Part shown: positions 18,601 to 27,662 of the stretch, one piece after another
How the letters are laid out: each line of letters begins with the position of its first letter
Numbering within the stretch: the stretch's first letter is position 1
DNA from: an uncultured virus (IMG/VR IMGVR_UViG_3300015262_000011)
Lineage: Duplodnaviria; Heunggongvirae; Uroviricota; Caudoviricetes
IMG/VR virus record: IMGVR_UViG_3300015262_000011
Strand: one strand, 5' to 3'
DNA: 64,000 nucleotides
Translations under genes and position numbers: made by a program
The notes under the pieces: model-generated
Databases searched by the model: none
What the model was told of the DNA's origin: nothing
The model's input: the letters and a program-made list of their open reading frames with translations, nothing else

Positions 18601-20982
18601 CGTCTTGCCGTCCTTCAGCTTCGCGTCCGCCAGGGTCTGCACGGCGGCAGCACGAACCGAGCCATCCGCCACCCCGGCGGACTGCTGCAACGCCTGGGTG
18701 AGGCTGGAGATCCGCTGCTGGTGTGCTGCCGCGGCGGCGGCGGCCTCCTGCTGCTTCTTCGCCAGCATGTCCAGGCCGATCATCGCGGCGCCGATCGCGA
18801 CACCCCACGGGCCGCCGAGGAAGCCCCACAGGCCGCGCGCGGCACCCATCAGTCCCCGGCCCGCGCCCACACCGATCGCCGCCGCAGCGCCGCCCGCCGC
18901 CGCCCGGAACCCGGACATGCGACCGCCCGCCTCCTGGATGGAAGCGGAGGTGCCACGGAACGCATTCGTCATCGCCGAGAACGTCGGCGAGCGGCGGGAC
19001 AGCTCCTCGACAACCCCGCCGAAGCGGCCCAGCGTCACGCCGGCCTGCGCGGCGAGCACCCGCTGATAGAGGGAGGCATCACCGATGCCGCGGAAGGCGC
19101 TGATCCCGGAGCGGCCGAAGCCGACGACGGCTTGCTGCATGCCGGTGATCTGCGTCCGGAACGGCCGCATCGCCAGCATCGCCAAAACGGACAACTGGAT
19201 CGGCCCCGGCAACGCGGCGAAAGCATGCGCCACCCCGCCGACAAGGGCGCCAAGAGGCCGCAGGACGCCGGTCATGTCGCCAAGCAGGCCGACACCGACC
19301 TGCAGGCGTCCCGTGAGCACGCCAAGGGCGCCCGCCCCCGAAGAGACGGATGACGCCATGTCGTGCAGGCCGCCCAGCAGCGGCCCCGCCGCAGCGCCCG
19401 CATTGTCGAGAGCCTGACCGAGCGAGTGAACGGAAGAGATCGCCAGCGGCACGGCAGCAACAGCCGTCGATGTGATGGCGGCCTTCAGGGGCGTCGCGAA
19501 ACTCTCGGCCGCGCGCCCGACACCGGACGCCGCCGCATGAAGTTTCGCCTCGACGGTGGGCCCGTAAATGTCCCACAGATCCCCGGCGATACGGATCCCC
19601 GACTTGATGTACGGGATCGCCGAGGACACGCTCGACGTCATCGACCGCGTGACCTTCTCCAAGCCCGGGGCGATACCCAGATACACCTGGAGGAACGCGG
19701 AGCTGATCTGCTTGCCCAGGCCGCGCATCGCGCCGCCCAGGCCCTTCGACTCCGCTGCCGCCAGCGCTGCGGCGCCGCCCACGCGGCCGACCTGCATGCC
19801 GAACTGCTGGAAAGCCGTCCCGCCCTGATGCGCGAGCGCCACCATGCCCGCCAGCGCCGGCTTGCCGAACGCCATCGCCGCGGCGGCCGTGAACTGCTGC
19901 GTGCTCAGGTGCTCGGAGGCGGTTCCGAGCTGGGTGATGACGTACTGGAGGCCCTTGAAGCGGCCGTTGGAGTCGAATGCCTCGATGCCGAGCTCGTGCA
20001 GCCCCTTCTGGGCGAGCTTCGTCGGCTTGGCCATGTTCACGAGGGCGGAGCGCAGTGCGGTGCCCGCAGTCTCGCCGATGATGCCGGACTTGCCGAGGAG
20101 GCCGACCGCTGTGGCGGTGTCTTTGATGGACACGCCCATGGTGTGGGCGATCGGGCCCACATATTTCATGGCGTAGTAAATGTCCATGAGTTCGCCCGAC
20201 GCCGAGTTCGACGTGTTGGCGAGGACATCGGCGACGTGCGCCGCCTCTGAGGACTTCAGGGCGAACTGGTCCATGATGTCGCCCTCGATCTTCGCCGCCG
20301 TAGCGACGTCGGTCCGGGCGGCAGCCGACAGCTGGATCGTGCCCCGGGCGGCCTTCACGGCGTCCTGCGCCGACAGGCCCGCCTTCGCGAGTTCCACCAT
20401 CGCGTCGGCGGCTTCGGCCGCGTTCGCCGACGGCAGCTTCATGTCCGCGCCGAGCGCCTGGGCCTCGCGGCCAGCGGCCTGCATCTGGCCCCCGGAGGCA
20501 CGCGTGACCTCCAGGAACTTGTTCATGCTGTCCGTGTACTCGTTGCCCGCGTGCACGATGTCGTGGATGCCGAAGATGATCGCGCCGCCCGCCAGGAGCG
20601 CACCGAGGTGCTTGACCGGGCCAATCACCGACTCGACACCAGACCGGACTGACCCCATCCCGGCGCGGGCGGCGGCACCCACCCGGCCGAACGCGGCCGG
20701 GGCCAGAGCCGTCTCTTCCCGCATGGCGCGCGCGCCGCGCCCAGCGGCCAGAGTCGCAGCCTCGGCCTCGCCGACACCGGCCGCCCCGCCCCGCGCGCCC
20801 GCCCCCATGGCCAGCATGCCGGTGCGGGCCGCCGCCGCATCTGCGCCGAGCGTCCGCACGCCACGGCCTGCCACCGCAGCAGCCTCGCCGAGCGCAGCCG
20901 TAGAGGCGGCACCGCCGCGCATCGCGGCGGCGAAACCAGGGAGCTCGGCAAGGACGCGAACCCGCACGGTGCGGTCAGCCAC
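15661..20982 (-). CDS. Tape measure protein
   Basis: 1773 aa, Ala/Gly-rich; ELAKAGLS...GETAGTALRSAL; WAEDETGGEAYIPL. Confidence 0.95.
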   Translation of the reverse strand: MADRTVRVRVLAELPGFAAAMRGGAASTAALGEAAAVAGRGVRTLGADAAAARTGMLAMGAGARGGAAGVGEAEAATLAAGRGARAMREETALAPAAFGRVGAAARAGMGSVRSGVESVIGPVKHLGALLAGGAIIFGIHDIVHAGNEYTDSMNKFLEVTRASGGQMQAAGREAQALGADMKLPSANAAEAADAMVELAKAGLSAQDAVKAARGTIQLSAAARTDVATAAKIEGDIMDQFALKSSEAAHVADVLANTSNSASGELMDIYYAMKYVGPIAHTMGVSIKDTATAVGLLGKSGIIGETAGTALRSALVNMAKPTKLAQKGLHELGIEAFDSNGRFKGLQYVITQLGTASEHLSTQQFTAAAAMAFGKPALAGMVALAHQGGTAFQQFGMQVGRVGGAAALAAAESKGLGGAMRGLGKQISSAFLQVYLGIAPGLEKVTRSMTSSVSSAIPYIKSGIRIAGDLWDIYGPTVEAKLHAAASGVGRAAESFATPLKAAITSTAVAAVPLAISSVHSLGQALDNAGAAAGPLLGGLHDMASSVSSGAGALGVLTGRLQVGVGLLGDMTGVLRPLGALVGGVAHAFAALPGPIQLSVLAMLAMRPFRTQITGMQQAVVGFGRSGISAFRGIGDASLYQRVLAAQAGVTLGRFGGVVEELSRRSPTFSAMTNAFRGTSASIQEAGGRMSGFRAAAGGAAAAIGVGAGRGLMGAARGLWGFLGGPWGVAIGAAMIGLDMLAKKQQEAAAAAAAHQQRISSLTQALQQSAGVADGSVRAAAVQTLADAKLKDGKTQLLDVMAKAHVGTTELTDAYLGQGGSIDALRKKLQSAADENKRWVTNGKSTMAVYTPQGEVYKNAADALGSLSGEFGTARKKQKELADAVKGSGAAALDATDPTGRLQSAIKTLGDSAADADTKATALHTALDLLSGGELDVQAAVANMNSAMLDLNSSWKDGVDKSQGYGRALLQVDGSLNTTSQNGQSLWNKLQALNEQTASASQATYDFARANGTAVVPALQQAEARMQTAWQSAVTAGRKFGLTADQAKELANQMGFIPSSLAITMSTPGLSDTQKQLLYVQGLAGHMPKGGVIKVSALTAEAKKDIESVGFKVKTLPGGRQMEITAPTGKAAAALDALIAKKLPSKSVTVSAATAKAISDLQAVQRKVAATKGKSVTVSALTGGAQAALAALGFKIHQVPGSKRVTITIPTGGPISAAQAIQGAINNMHGKTIGIGIYQTKYLTTVHKQTELGVTPNARGNILTYAGGGTRESHVAQIARAGDWRVWAEDETGGEAYIPLAASKRGRSRRIAEETVKRLGGGPVMWYGAGGITYASGGLDGFTYSPTGMPVLGGPSDAKSRYDADIQALKDAWEKLTAALKTQRKAADDLASAEKNLSYVRHHHHTAAQLRAAQERVDRAEKAKKSADKTVSDDRKKVNAADDKLGLKHGSKAPTGFDLKAYEKELDKSVAATEKWRGNLSKISKRGGADVEALLEGMGQDGYDLVNKLAGASDKQFKHIVDQLKKTGDTAKATLADFDKQLSASTQQNQQFAADLQKLAAEGYGDLAQALAAQGDSNAQALAHQAAGDSKAAAAANKQVGKAQNTLTGDDLANSLILLSTLRGGPGRGYADLISAGLSTDVIKALVPKMTKQISALPAANKDTFVRQWVAQGGKAMAAGDILTRPTAVLAAEAGVPEAFIPLANTARSRALLSTAAAALGYRLVPASRYAAAGASTAAMAREVVKHIEINLYGAKQSSAEQAADIVRHMTFVG

Positions 20983-21047
20983 GGCAGCCCCCGATCTTCA
21001 GTTGTCGAGGCACGCACGCACTGAACGCGATGCGGGAGGATGGCGGC

Positions 21048-21449
21048 ATGGACGATCTGGTGCAGTGGCTCGGCGAACAACTCGACATCGATACGGCGCG
21101 TGCGCAGGAGGCTGCAGCCGAGTACGGCGCCGAGTGGACCGCGCATCCGCGAACCGACTCGGTGAGCAGCAACAACGGCGCCGATGTGATCGACGAACCG
21201 GGCGTCCCGGCCGAGTTCATCGCGGAGCATGACCCGGCTCGCGTGCTGCGGGAAACCGACGCCAAACGGCAGTTGATCCGCGAGGTGCTTGAGTACGAAT
21301 CGCAGGGCGACTACGACCGGGGTGACGCCCACAGCGCCGACGAGATCGCGGCGGGCTTGTGCATCAAGCCGAAGGACATTCGCGGCCTACGCCTGATCGC
21401 CTCGGGCTACAGCCACCGTCCCGGTTTCCGTGAGGAATGGCGACCGTAA
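21048..21449 (+). CDS. DUF6221-family protein (copy 2), antisense within the tail operon
   Basis: MDDLVQWL...FIAEHDPARVLRE...YSHRPGFREEWRP. Confidence 0.85.
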   Translation: MDDLVQWLGEQLDIDTARAQEAAAEYGAEWTAHPRTDSVSSNNGADVIDEPGVPAEFIAEHDPARVLRETDAKRQLIREVLEYESQGDYDRGDAHSADEIAAGLCIKPKDIRGLRLIASGYSHRPGFREEWRP

Positions 21450-21475
21450 GGGCGCCCTGGCTGAACCTCAGCAGG

Positions 21476-22078
21476 TCAGTCGGTGGCCACTCCGAAGGAG
21501 CGCAGCAGGTCGGCGGCAGCCTGCGAGGGCGGACCCAGCTCGCCTGTCTGGAACTGGATGTCGATCGCGGCACCCCACAGACGGGCAAGCTGCCCGTCCG
21601 ACAGGTCGTCCCAGAACCCGGCGAACTCCTCCGGGCTCGCAGGCTTCGGCTCGACGAGCTGCGCCTCGACCAGCGCCGGGGCGAAGCTGTCGGGGTCGAA
21701 GGCGGGCTGCTCGTTGCCGCTACGCGACCCTGCGGCCTCGATCTGTTCCTTAGTCGGCGGATGGTCCGCCCTCAGTGCCTGGTAGGCGCGGTGCGTGATG
21801 GCCTCGAGGGTGAACTGCACCCGGGAGGCCTCAGCTTGCGCCTCCGCCTCCTGCAGGCTCTTCGCCACATCCCGGGCGGTCTCCGTGCCGTTTGTTTCGT
21901 CGTGGCGCCGGGCCCGCTCGAGGAGCTCCTCAAGGGCGTCGATCTCGGCGGCAGCTTCGGCGTTCATAATGAGGTCGACGACCCGGCGGGGGCGCTGGAT
22001 CTTCGCGCGGACGTCGGCGAACGTCAGCGCCGGCCTCGCAGCCCGGCGCGCGGGCGGCTTCCTGCTCGTAGTGGGCAT
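21476..22078 (-). CDS. Tail assembly chaperone-like protein (paralogue 2)
   Basis: Similar to 22832-23308 (HRAY..L.A.HP...D..SF.PAL). Confidence 0.75.
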   Translation of the reverse strand: MPTTSRKPPARRAARPALTFADVRAKIQRPRRVVDLIMNAEAAAEIDALEELLERARRHDETNGTETARDVAKSLQEAEAQAEASRVQFTLEAITHRAYQALRADHPPTKEQIEAAGSRSGNEQPAFDPDSFAPALVEAQLVEPKPASPEEFAGFWDDLSDGQLARLWGAAIDIQFQTGELGPPSQAAADLLRSFGVATD

Positions 22079-22104
22079 TCGGGGTCCCTGTCCTTGAAGT
22101 GCTC

Positions 22105-22479
22105 TTACATGGCCTGGCGGACGGCTATCTCGATGCCGGTGACCAGGTCTTCGGCCTGCGCGTCGAGCGCGGGGCCGAGGTGCGGGATCGGTGCGTTCTT
22201 CGAGGTCCCGTACTCGACGATGTTTCCGAGAGGGCCCTGCGCGCGGCCCTTGTCCGGGCCGATCTCGCCCTCGACGCCCTCAGCGGTGACCTTGGTGTCG
22301 TAGGTGATCGAGTACGGGTAGGCGGGCAGATATCGGCGGCCCTTGATGCGGTTGCGGGCGTCGTCCCTGATTTTCTGGCTCGTCACTTGGACGGCCTTGC
22401 GGGCGTTCGCCGCGAGCCGCTGCGGGGCCGTCTCCAGATCCGAGACGACGAGGTTGAGGCCAGTCACCTGAACGCCCAT
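22105..22479 (-). CDS. HK97 gp10-like tail completion / neck protein
   Basis: GEIGPDK...GNIVEYGTSKNAPIPHLGPAL. Confidence 0.8.
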   Translation of the reverse strand: MGVQVTGLNLVVSDLETAPQRLAANARKAVQVTSQKIRDDARNRIKGRRYLPAYPYSITYDTKVTAEGVEGEIGPDKGRAQGPLGNIVEYGTSKNAPIPHLGPALDAQAEDLVTGIEIAVRQAM

Positions 22480-22844
22480 CACGTCTCCCTCCTGAACACC
22501 GCGACCTTCAGGCCCTCGGTCTTGCCGCCTTCCTCCTGGAACGACGCCACCCGGCGGGCAGCAGCCAGGCAGCCGTGGCACTTGCTGAGCGATGCGTCGT
22601 AAGCGAACTCGTTCTCCGCTGCCGTCGATTCGACGAGCGGGTTACCGCAGTCCCCGCACAGCCCGGACTCCACCTCCATCAGGGCCATCGCCCACCAGCG
22701 GTCCTCCGGAAGCCACAGCGGTTCGCCCGGGCCCGGCTGGGGCCGGCCGAGGAGGATGCTGCGCGGGATTCCCCAGGCCCGCGCCGCTTCGACCTCCCGC
22801 CTGTACGGGAGCCGGGCATCCCGCAGGCGGGCTACGAGAAAGGG
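22479..22844 (-). CDS. -1 frame extension of tail assembly chaperone (gpGT-like)
   Basis: Frame open from the CCCTTTC heptamer through ...WWAMALMEVESGLCGDCG... to the stop at 22479. Confidence 0.75.
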   Translation of the reverse strand, partial: PFLVARLRDARLPYRREVEAARAWGIPRSILLGRPQPGPGEPLWLPEDRWWAMALMEVESGLCGDCGNPLVESTAAENEFAYDASLSKCHGCLAAARRVASFQEEGGKTEGLKVAVFRRET

Positions 22845-23308
22845 ATCGGTGACGGCTCCTCGTTGACCGCCAGCGCAGCCGCGAACAGGACCCTTGCCGT
22901 GCCGTCGTTCACCCTGTTCAGCAGCAGATCCACCTGCGCCGGAGTCATCACCGGCTCAGCGCAGCAGACCGCGAGCAGCGCCGGCAAGAACGACGCGGCA
23001 TCGTAGGGCTCCTTGGATCCCTCCGGCGCCGGGTGCGCGGCCAGAAGGTCGCTGTAGGCGCGATGCCCGAGCGCCTTGAACTTCAGCTCGACGGACATGT
23101 CCCGCACCCGCTGCCGGGCCGCCTCGATGCGGTCCTGGAGGGCGAATGCCGGGTTCTGCTCGGCCAGCGACTGCGGATGCCACTCGCCGAGCTCACCCAA
23201 CTCCCGCTCAAGGCTTTCCAGTTCGGCGGCGTCATCGCCCGCGAGACACACCCGGATGGTTGCCTCACGGGGCGACGCCTGCTTGAGCAGCTCCCCGATG
23301 TCCGGCAT
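22832..23308 (-). CDS. Tail assembly chaperone (gpG-like)
   Basis: Follows major tail protein; ends IPFS over a slippery site. Confidence 0.85.
   Translation of the reverse strand: MPDIGELLKQASPREATIRVCLAGDDAAELESLERELGELGEWHPQSLAEQNPAFALQDRIEAARQRVRDMSVELKFKALGHRAYSDLLAAHPAPEGSKEPYDAASFLPALLAVCCAEPVMTPAQVDLLLNRVNDGTARVLFAAALAVNEEPSPIPFS
22838..22844 (-). other. Programmed -1 ribosomal frameshift site
   Basis: C CCT TTC (X XXY YYZ) one codon before the stop. Confidence 0.8.
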
Positions 23309-23787
23309 CAGGCGACAACAGCGTGGGTCGCCGGGTCGGAGGTGACCTTCATCGGGGACATGAACTTGGAGACCTCGTTCGCGGCCGGGGCGATGTTCTG
23401 CGGCTCACCCGCCGCGAACGGGTAGACCTCGACCTTGTCGCCGGTGGCGAACGCAGTCGCGTAGGCGACGCCGCGGCGCACCACGATGTAGCCGGTCGCC
23501 CCGTACACCAGCACCGTGTACGGGTTGTCCTCCGTCGTGGTGCTCCCCCTCTTGAAGGTGAGCTCGACCGTGTAGGAGCGCCTGCCCGGCTGGTTGGTCG
23601 TGAACGTGCTCGCGAGCGACGACGTGTCGACGTCCGCCGTGCTGGGGTCGGTCTTCAGACCGTCCGGGGTCAGCCTCGACGTCCAGTCGGTACCGGCTGC
23701 CAGCTCGGCCGCGGTCGGGGCGTTGATGTTCGCGATGGAAGTCACGTATGCGACCTTGGTGTTGCCGTCGCTGATCAGGTCAGCCAT
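23308..23787 (-). CDS. Major tail (tube) protein
   Basis: NAPTAAEL.AG, GYIVVRRG, GDKVEVYP typical of actinophage tail tube proteins. Confidence 0.88.
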   Translation of the reverse strand: MADLISDGNTKVAYVTSIANINAPTAAELAAGTDWTSRLTPDGLKTDPSTADVDTSSLASTFTTNQPGRRSYTVELTFKRGSTTTEDNPYTVLVYGATGYIVVRRGVAYATAFATGDKVEVYPFAAGEPQNIAPAANEVSKFMSPMKVTSDPATHAVVA

Positions 23788-23810
23788 GTCTGCACCCTCC
23801 TCAGGGCATG

Positions 23811-23833
23811 AAAAAAGCCCCGGTCAGCGGGGC
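23811..23833 (-). terminator. Intrinsic terminator-like hairpin upstream of the major tail gene
   Basis: GCCCCG-ctgac-CGGGGC-TTTTTT on the minus strand. Confidence 0.6.
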
Positions 23834-23858
23834 GAATGACTCTGCGGGCGGGCGGTGC

Positions 23859-24191
23859 TCAGATACGGAGGGCGGCGACGGTCACCGAAGTGACGCCGGA
23901 GTAGCCGATGTTGACCTGGTTGTTGGTGTCGCCATGAAGCGCCGGGTCGATCGGACCGATCATCTTTTCGCCGCTGGCCGCGACGGTGACCGTCCGGTCC
24001 GGGACGGTCAGGCCCTTGTAGTTGTTGGACTGCGTGGTGAGGGTGACCGTGACGGGAGAGCCGCCGCCGTTCTTCACGTGGATGAAGATGTTGCTGGCGC
24101 CGAGGCTGACCTTGTCGCCGCCGCCCGAGGCGGCGCCGTAAGTCGGCGTGAGACCCGCCGCCGTGATCGTCTGAAGGCTGAGCACTGCCAT
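23859..24191 (-). CDS. Small beta-rich virion / decoration-like protein
   Basis: HVKNGGGSPVTVTL; position in head-tail module. Confidence 0.7.
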   Translation of the reverse strand: MAVLSLQTITAAGLTPTYGAASGGGDKVSLGASNIFIHVKNGGGSPVTVTLTTQSNNYKGLTVPDRTVTVAASGEKMIGPIDPALHGDTNNQVNIGYSGVTSVTVAALRI

Positions 24192-24205
24192 GAGGGGTTT
24201 TCTCC

Positions 24206-24616
24206 TTACTGGGGGATAGAGCGCAGCCGGTAGCGGCTGGGGGCGTAGAAGCAGGGCGGGACCACGTCGTCATCGCGTTGCACGGGCTGCCCGTCGAGGG
24301 CCTCCGGCTTGAACGAGACGCGTCCGGCGACCGGGAGGACCACCGACATCGCGGCGATCGCGCGGTCCGACACCGACATGGTCTGTTCCGCAGTCAGCCC
24401 CACGCAGGTGAGCTGGATGACGGCGGAGAAGTCGACCCGGTTGTCCGCCAGCGAGGCGGCATTGGTGCGGCCGGGCTCCGGGTACAGCACCACGAACGGG
24501 TGCGTGTCTGTCGGCGAGACGCCAGCCGGGGCGCCGCCCACGTACACGGTCAGGCCCGCGTTTTCGAGTGCGCTGGTGACCGCGTCGACATGCGGCAGAA
24601 CGGCGGGAGTCGTCAT
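24206..24616 (-). CDS. Tail terminator-like protein
   Basis: PFVVLYPEPG...QLTCVG.TAEQ. Confidence 0.78.
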   Translation of the reverse strand: MTTPAVLPHVDAVTSALENAGLTVYVGGAPAGVSPTDTHPFVVLYPEPGRTNAASLADNRVDFSAVIQLTCVGLTAEQTMSVSDRAIAAMSVVLPVAGRVSFKPEALDGQPVQRDDDVVPPCFYAPSRYRLRSIPQ

Positions 24617-24629
24617 CAGGCGCCTCCCG

Positions 24630-25037
24630 TCAGGTTGCGGCTTCGACGCTGATCCGCCAGGCCGTTGCCGTGCTGGAAAAGTCGACGGCCATCACCGCGA
24701 ACAGCCCGTCGACGAGGCGCGTGTCGCCCGACGCGGTGATGGTGACGGTGTCGCCCACGTTCAAGTCGTCCGTGGCCAGCGAACCGAAAGGCAGCGCCAG
24801 TTCGTAGCGGGCCACCACGGTCAGCCGCTCCCCCGCCTCCTCGTTACGCGGCACTCTCTGTGGTTTGAGGCGGCACTTGCCCGAATACAACGGCGTCGAC
24901 GGGCCGGGGGTCAGCACGCTCGTCGCCCGGTTCAGGGTGGGGGTGCCAGCTCGGGCAAGCGTGCACTGGTCGATCATCAACTGTTCGTGGGCCGCCCGGC
25001 CCGCTGCGAGAAGCGGCTGCGGATCGATCGCCGCCAC
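24630..25037 (-). CDS. Head-closure protein (DUF6093-like)
   Basis: AGRAAHEQLMIDQC...YSGKCRL. Confidence 0.8.
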   Translation of the reverse strand: MAAIDPQPLLAAGRAAHEQLMIDQCTLARAGTPTLNRATSVLTPGPSTPLYSGKCRLKPQRVPRNEEAGERLTVVARYELALPFGSLATDDLNVGDTVTITASGDTRLVDGLFAVMAVDFSSTATAWRISVEAAT

Positions 25038-25038
25038 G

Positions 25039-25668
25039 TCACGTCACCGGATCCACAGTGAACGCGCCCGCCCTGTAGGGGCGCAGCGCCTCCTTCTGGT
25101 CCGCCGACAATTGCGGGCCGCCGATGGTTTCCCCGCCGAACGTGCGCGAATAGTCGTCGATCGACTCCGAGCGCAGGCCCTGCGGATTCGTCATGCTCAT
25201 CGACGCCAGATCGAGCACGATGTCGACGACATCGTCCGGGACCTCGCTGTAGCCGTGGCTGTAGGTGACCCGGACCCGCTGCGCCCAGATCCCCTGCGGG
25301 CGCATGTACGGCCAGCCCATCAGGCGGGTTGGCGCCCACCAGGCCTCGCCCCGCGTCAGCTGAGACCCGACCCGGGTGAAGTCTCGCCCTTCGACCGCCT
25401 CGTACTCCTGGTTGGAGATCCCGAACAGCTCCACGACCGTCAGCGGATGGGTGTCATCAATGACCACCGGACGCTGCGGCAGATACAAGACGCGGCCACC
25501 GGCAGGCAGCGTCACCGTCTCGTTCTCGACGAGCGTGAACTCCTGACGGCAGTGCTTACGGACCCGGGCGGACGCCCGGCGCAGCGCCATCGCGGCCTGC
25601 GCCGGATCCAGCGTCCGCTGCAGCGCCGCCTCCAGATCCGCCTGCGTGGCCAACGGAGTCGGGGACAT
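25039..25668 (-). CDS. Head-tail adaptor
   Basis: LATQADL...VTYSHGY..VPDDV...NPQGLRSESIDDYS. Confidence 0.85.
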   Translation of the reverse strand: MSPTPLATQADLEAALQRTLDPAQAAMALRRASARVRKHCRQEFTLVENETVTLPAGGRVLYLPQRPVVIDDTHPLTVVELFGISNQEYEAVEGRDFTRVGSQLTRGEAWWAPTRLMGWPYMRPQGIWAQRVRVTYSHGYSEVPDDVVDIVLDLASMSMTNPQGLRSESIDDYSRTFGGETIGGPQLSADQKEALRPYRAGAFTVDPVT

Positions 25669-25680
25669 GCGGGCCCCCTC

Positions 25681-26052
25681 TCACTCCTCGCTGCCGGCCA
25701 TCGCCGCCAGACGCTTCACTACAGTCGACCTGGGCTTGTCCTTGGCCTGCTCGGCTTCCAGCGCCTGGCCGGCCCGCTCCTTGTCGTCGCCGACCCACGC
25801 CATCAGGTCGTCGATCGTGCCGTCGACCGGCGGCTCATCGTCGGCAGGCGGCGCCTTCGGCTCCTCGGGGCCCTTGGGCGGCTCCGAAACCGCTGCGGGC
25901 TCCGGGTCCTCCTCGGTGACCTCCACCGACCCCTCGGGGGCGTTGTCGACGAGATGCCGAGCCAGATCGCCGTCCACCTCGGCACCCTCAGGCCACGTGG
26001 TGATCGAATAGTTCCAGTAGGCCGTGACGGCCTTGAGCACGCGTGCACGCAT
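25681..26052 (-). CDS. Head-associated protein
   Basis: Follows capsid; WVGDDKERA..ALEAE..KPRSTV. Confidence 0.7.
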   Translation of the reverse strand: MRARVLKAVTAYWNYSITTWPEGAEVDGDLARHLVDNAPEGSVEVTEEDPEPAAVSEPPKGPEEPKAPPADDEPPVDGTIDDLMAWVGDDKERAGQALEAEQAKDKPRSTVVKRLAAMAGSEE

Positions 26053-26070
26053 GACTCTCTCTCCTCCTCG

Positions 26071-26120
26071 AAAAAGGCCCCGCCGGCACGGACAGACAGG
26101 GGGTTGCCCGTGCCGGCGGG
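26071..26120 (-). terminator. Terminator after major capsid gene
   Basis: CCCGCCGGCACGG...CCGTGCCGGCGGG stem followed by TTTTT on the minus strand. Confidence 0.7.
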
Positions 26121-26127
26121 AGACAGG

Positions 26128-27468
26128 TCAGGCGTGCTCGATGATCACGCCGCGCTTGTACAGCGCCGCGTCACCCGTGCCCGCATCCGAAGGAACACCG
26201 AAGTCGCCCACCCACGACCAGGTCGTGGAGATGACCTGCTGCAGGCGGTCCTGCGGCGGACGCACCAGCAGCGTCACATCCACGCCCGGGGCCGCGTTGA
26301 CGGTGCGGATCTCCGGCACGTCCTCGACGCCGGTCCCGGCGATCAGGTTGCCGGTGCCCTCGAACGGCGCGTTCATCAGCGCGTTCGCACCCAGCACGAT
26401 CGGCCGGTGCACCGTCAGCGTGCCCGCGGAGCCGCCCAGGATCGTCGGAGCCTCCGTGTTGCGGACCCAGTCCAGGCCGCCGAACCGGCCGATCGACAGG
26501 TCCCGGAAGACCGGAGAGTCCACACGGCCCTGCAGCGCCTGCTTGAAGTCGGCGTCGCTGAACAGCTCGGCCTCAGTGTCCGGGTCGATGTGCGCGACGT
26601 AGTAGCCGCCCGGCAGCGTCGGAACGTTCATCTTCCGCAGGCGGGCCACCGCGGACCTGAAGTTCGCGAACGTCACCGTGTTGCTCGACGACAGGTCGTA
26701 GGCGCTGTTGCCGGTCGCCCGGATCGACACCGGCGCATTCGACGCCACCACCGAGTCGCCGATCACGTCCGCACGCGCGGTGCCCAGCGTCAGCGTGCCC
26801 GGAGTACCCGGAGTGACACCCACGACCGTGTTCGCGACACCGGCGATCGTCACGTTCAGCGGGTTCGCACCCGACACCGCCGTCGGAACACCGTTGACCA
26901 GCACCGTCTCGAAGCCAGCCGTCGACTGCACGATGATGGACGTGTCCGAGGTGCCCGCCGTGGTGCACCAGGTCCGGCCGCCCGCATACGCCGTGTACAG
27001 CTTGTTGCGGGCCACCTGGTTGATGGTCTGCCCCGCGTTGATGCCGAGGGTTTCCGCGTCCGAGATGAACTTGTTCGCCAGCGCCATCGCGGAGCCGAGC
27101 ATGTTCGTGTCCATGCTGTTCGCGTACTGGTCCATCACCACGGACCACTGCTCGAGCGAGTACGTCGCCGCCGACGGGTCCGAACCCGTCACCGGAGTCG
27201 TCACCGGCGACAGCAGGCCCCGGCGGGTGAACGTTTTCTTGTCGCCCAGGCCGCCCATCCACGGCTCCGCGTCCGCGATCTGCGGAAACAGGAACTGCGG
27301 GACGAGGCCATCCCGGAACACCCGGTCCAGCATGCCGTTCTGCAGCATCGCCTGGATCGACGCAGGCAGCGACGACCGCACACCGGCGTGCCGGTCGAGA
27401 CGGAACCACGGCCGCGCCGTGCGCCGCAGGGACATCCGCGGGCGGACCGCGGTCATGGTCGAGACCAT
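26128..27468 (-). CDS. Major capsid protein (with central beta-rich insertion)
   Basis: Position after scaffold; LRKMNVP..GGYYVAHIDP, IGRFGGLDWV, DRLQQV..TWSW. Confidence 0.88.
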   Translation of the reverse strand: MVSTMTAVRPRMSLRRTARPWFRLDRHAGVRSSLPASIQAMLQNGMLDRVFRDGLVPQFLFPQIADAEPWMGGLGDKKTFTRRGLLSPVTTPVTGSDPSAATYSLEQWSVVMDQYANSMDTNMLGSAMALANKFISDAETLGINAGQTINQVARNKLYTAYAGGRTWCTTAGTSDTSIIVQSTAGFETVLVNGVPTAVSGANPLNVTIAGVANTVVGVTPGTPGTLTLGTARADVIGDSVVASNAPVSIRATGNSAYDLSSSNTVTFANFRSAVARLRKMNVPTLPGGYYVAHIDPDTEAELFSDADFKQALQGRVDSPVFRDLSIGRFGGLDWVRNTEAPTILGGSAGTLTVHRPIVLGANALMNAPFEGTGNLIAGTGVEDVPEIRTVNAAPGVDVTLLVRPPQDRLQQVISTTWSWVGDFGVPSDAGTGDAALYKRGVIIEHA

Positions 27469-27470
27469 TT

Positions 27471-27662
27471 CTACTCCTCAGTGGTGATTTCTACGGACAC
27501 CAGGTCCGGGTACTGCTGGGCGTACTGATCCAGCCCCAGCAATGCGGTTTGTGTGATCGCCGTGATCGCCGCACACACGCGGCTGTCCTCGACGTGGCCC
27601 TCGTGTCCGGACACCTCGATGAGGGTGTGTCCGTCGCCCAGCCGGGCACGGACTCGGATCAC
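27471..27662 (-). CDS. prp: Prp-family (DUF464) cysteine protease
   Basis: MI.V...IEVSGH....VCAAITAITQTALLGL: His-Cys dyad signature of Prp. Confidence 0.82.
   Translation of the reverse strand: MIRVRARLGDGHTLIEVSGHEGHVEDSRVCAAITAITQTALLGLDQYAQQYPDLVSVEITTEE

Noticed and set aside
24865..27528. 887-aa + strand ORF and similar long antisense ORFs (e.g. 29356-31548, 38359-40866, 52164-54521)
   Set aside because: Arg/Pro/Gly-rich shadow frames of real genes, expected in high-GC DNA; no motifs
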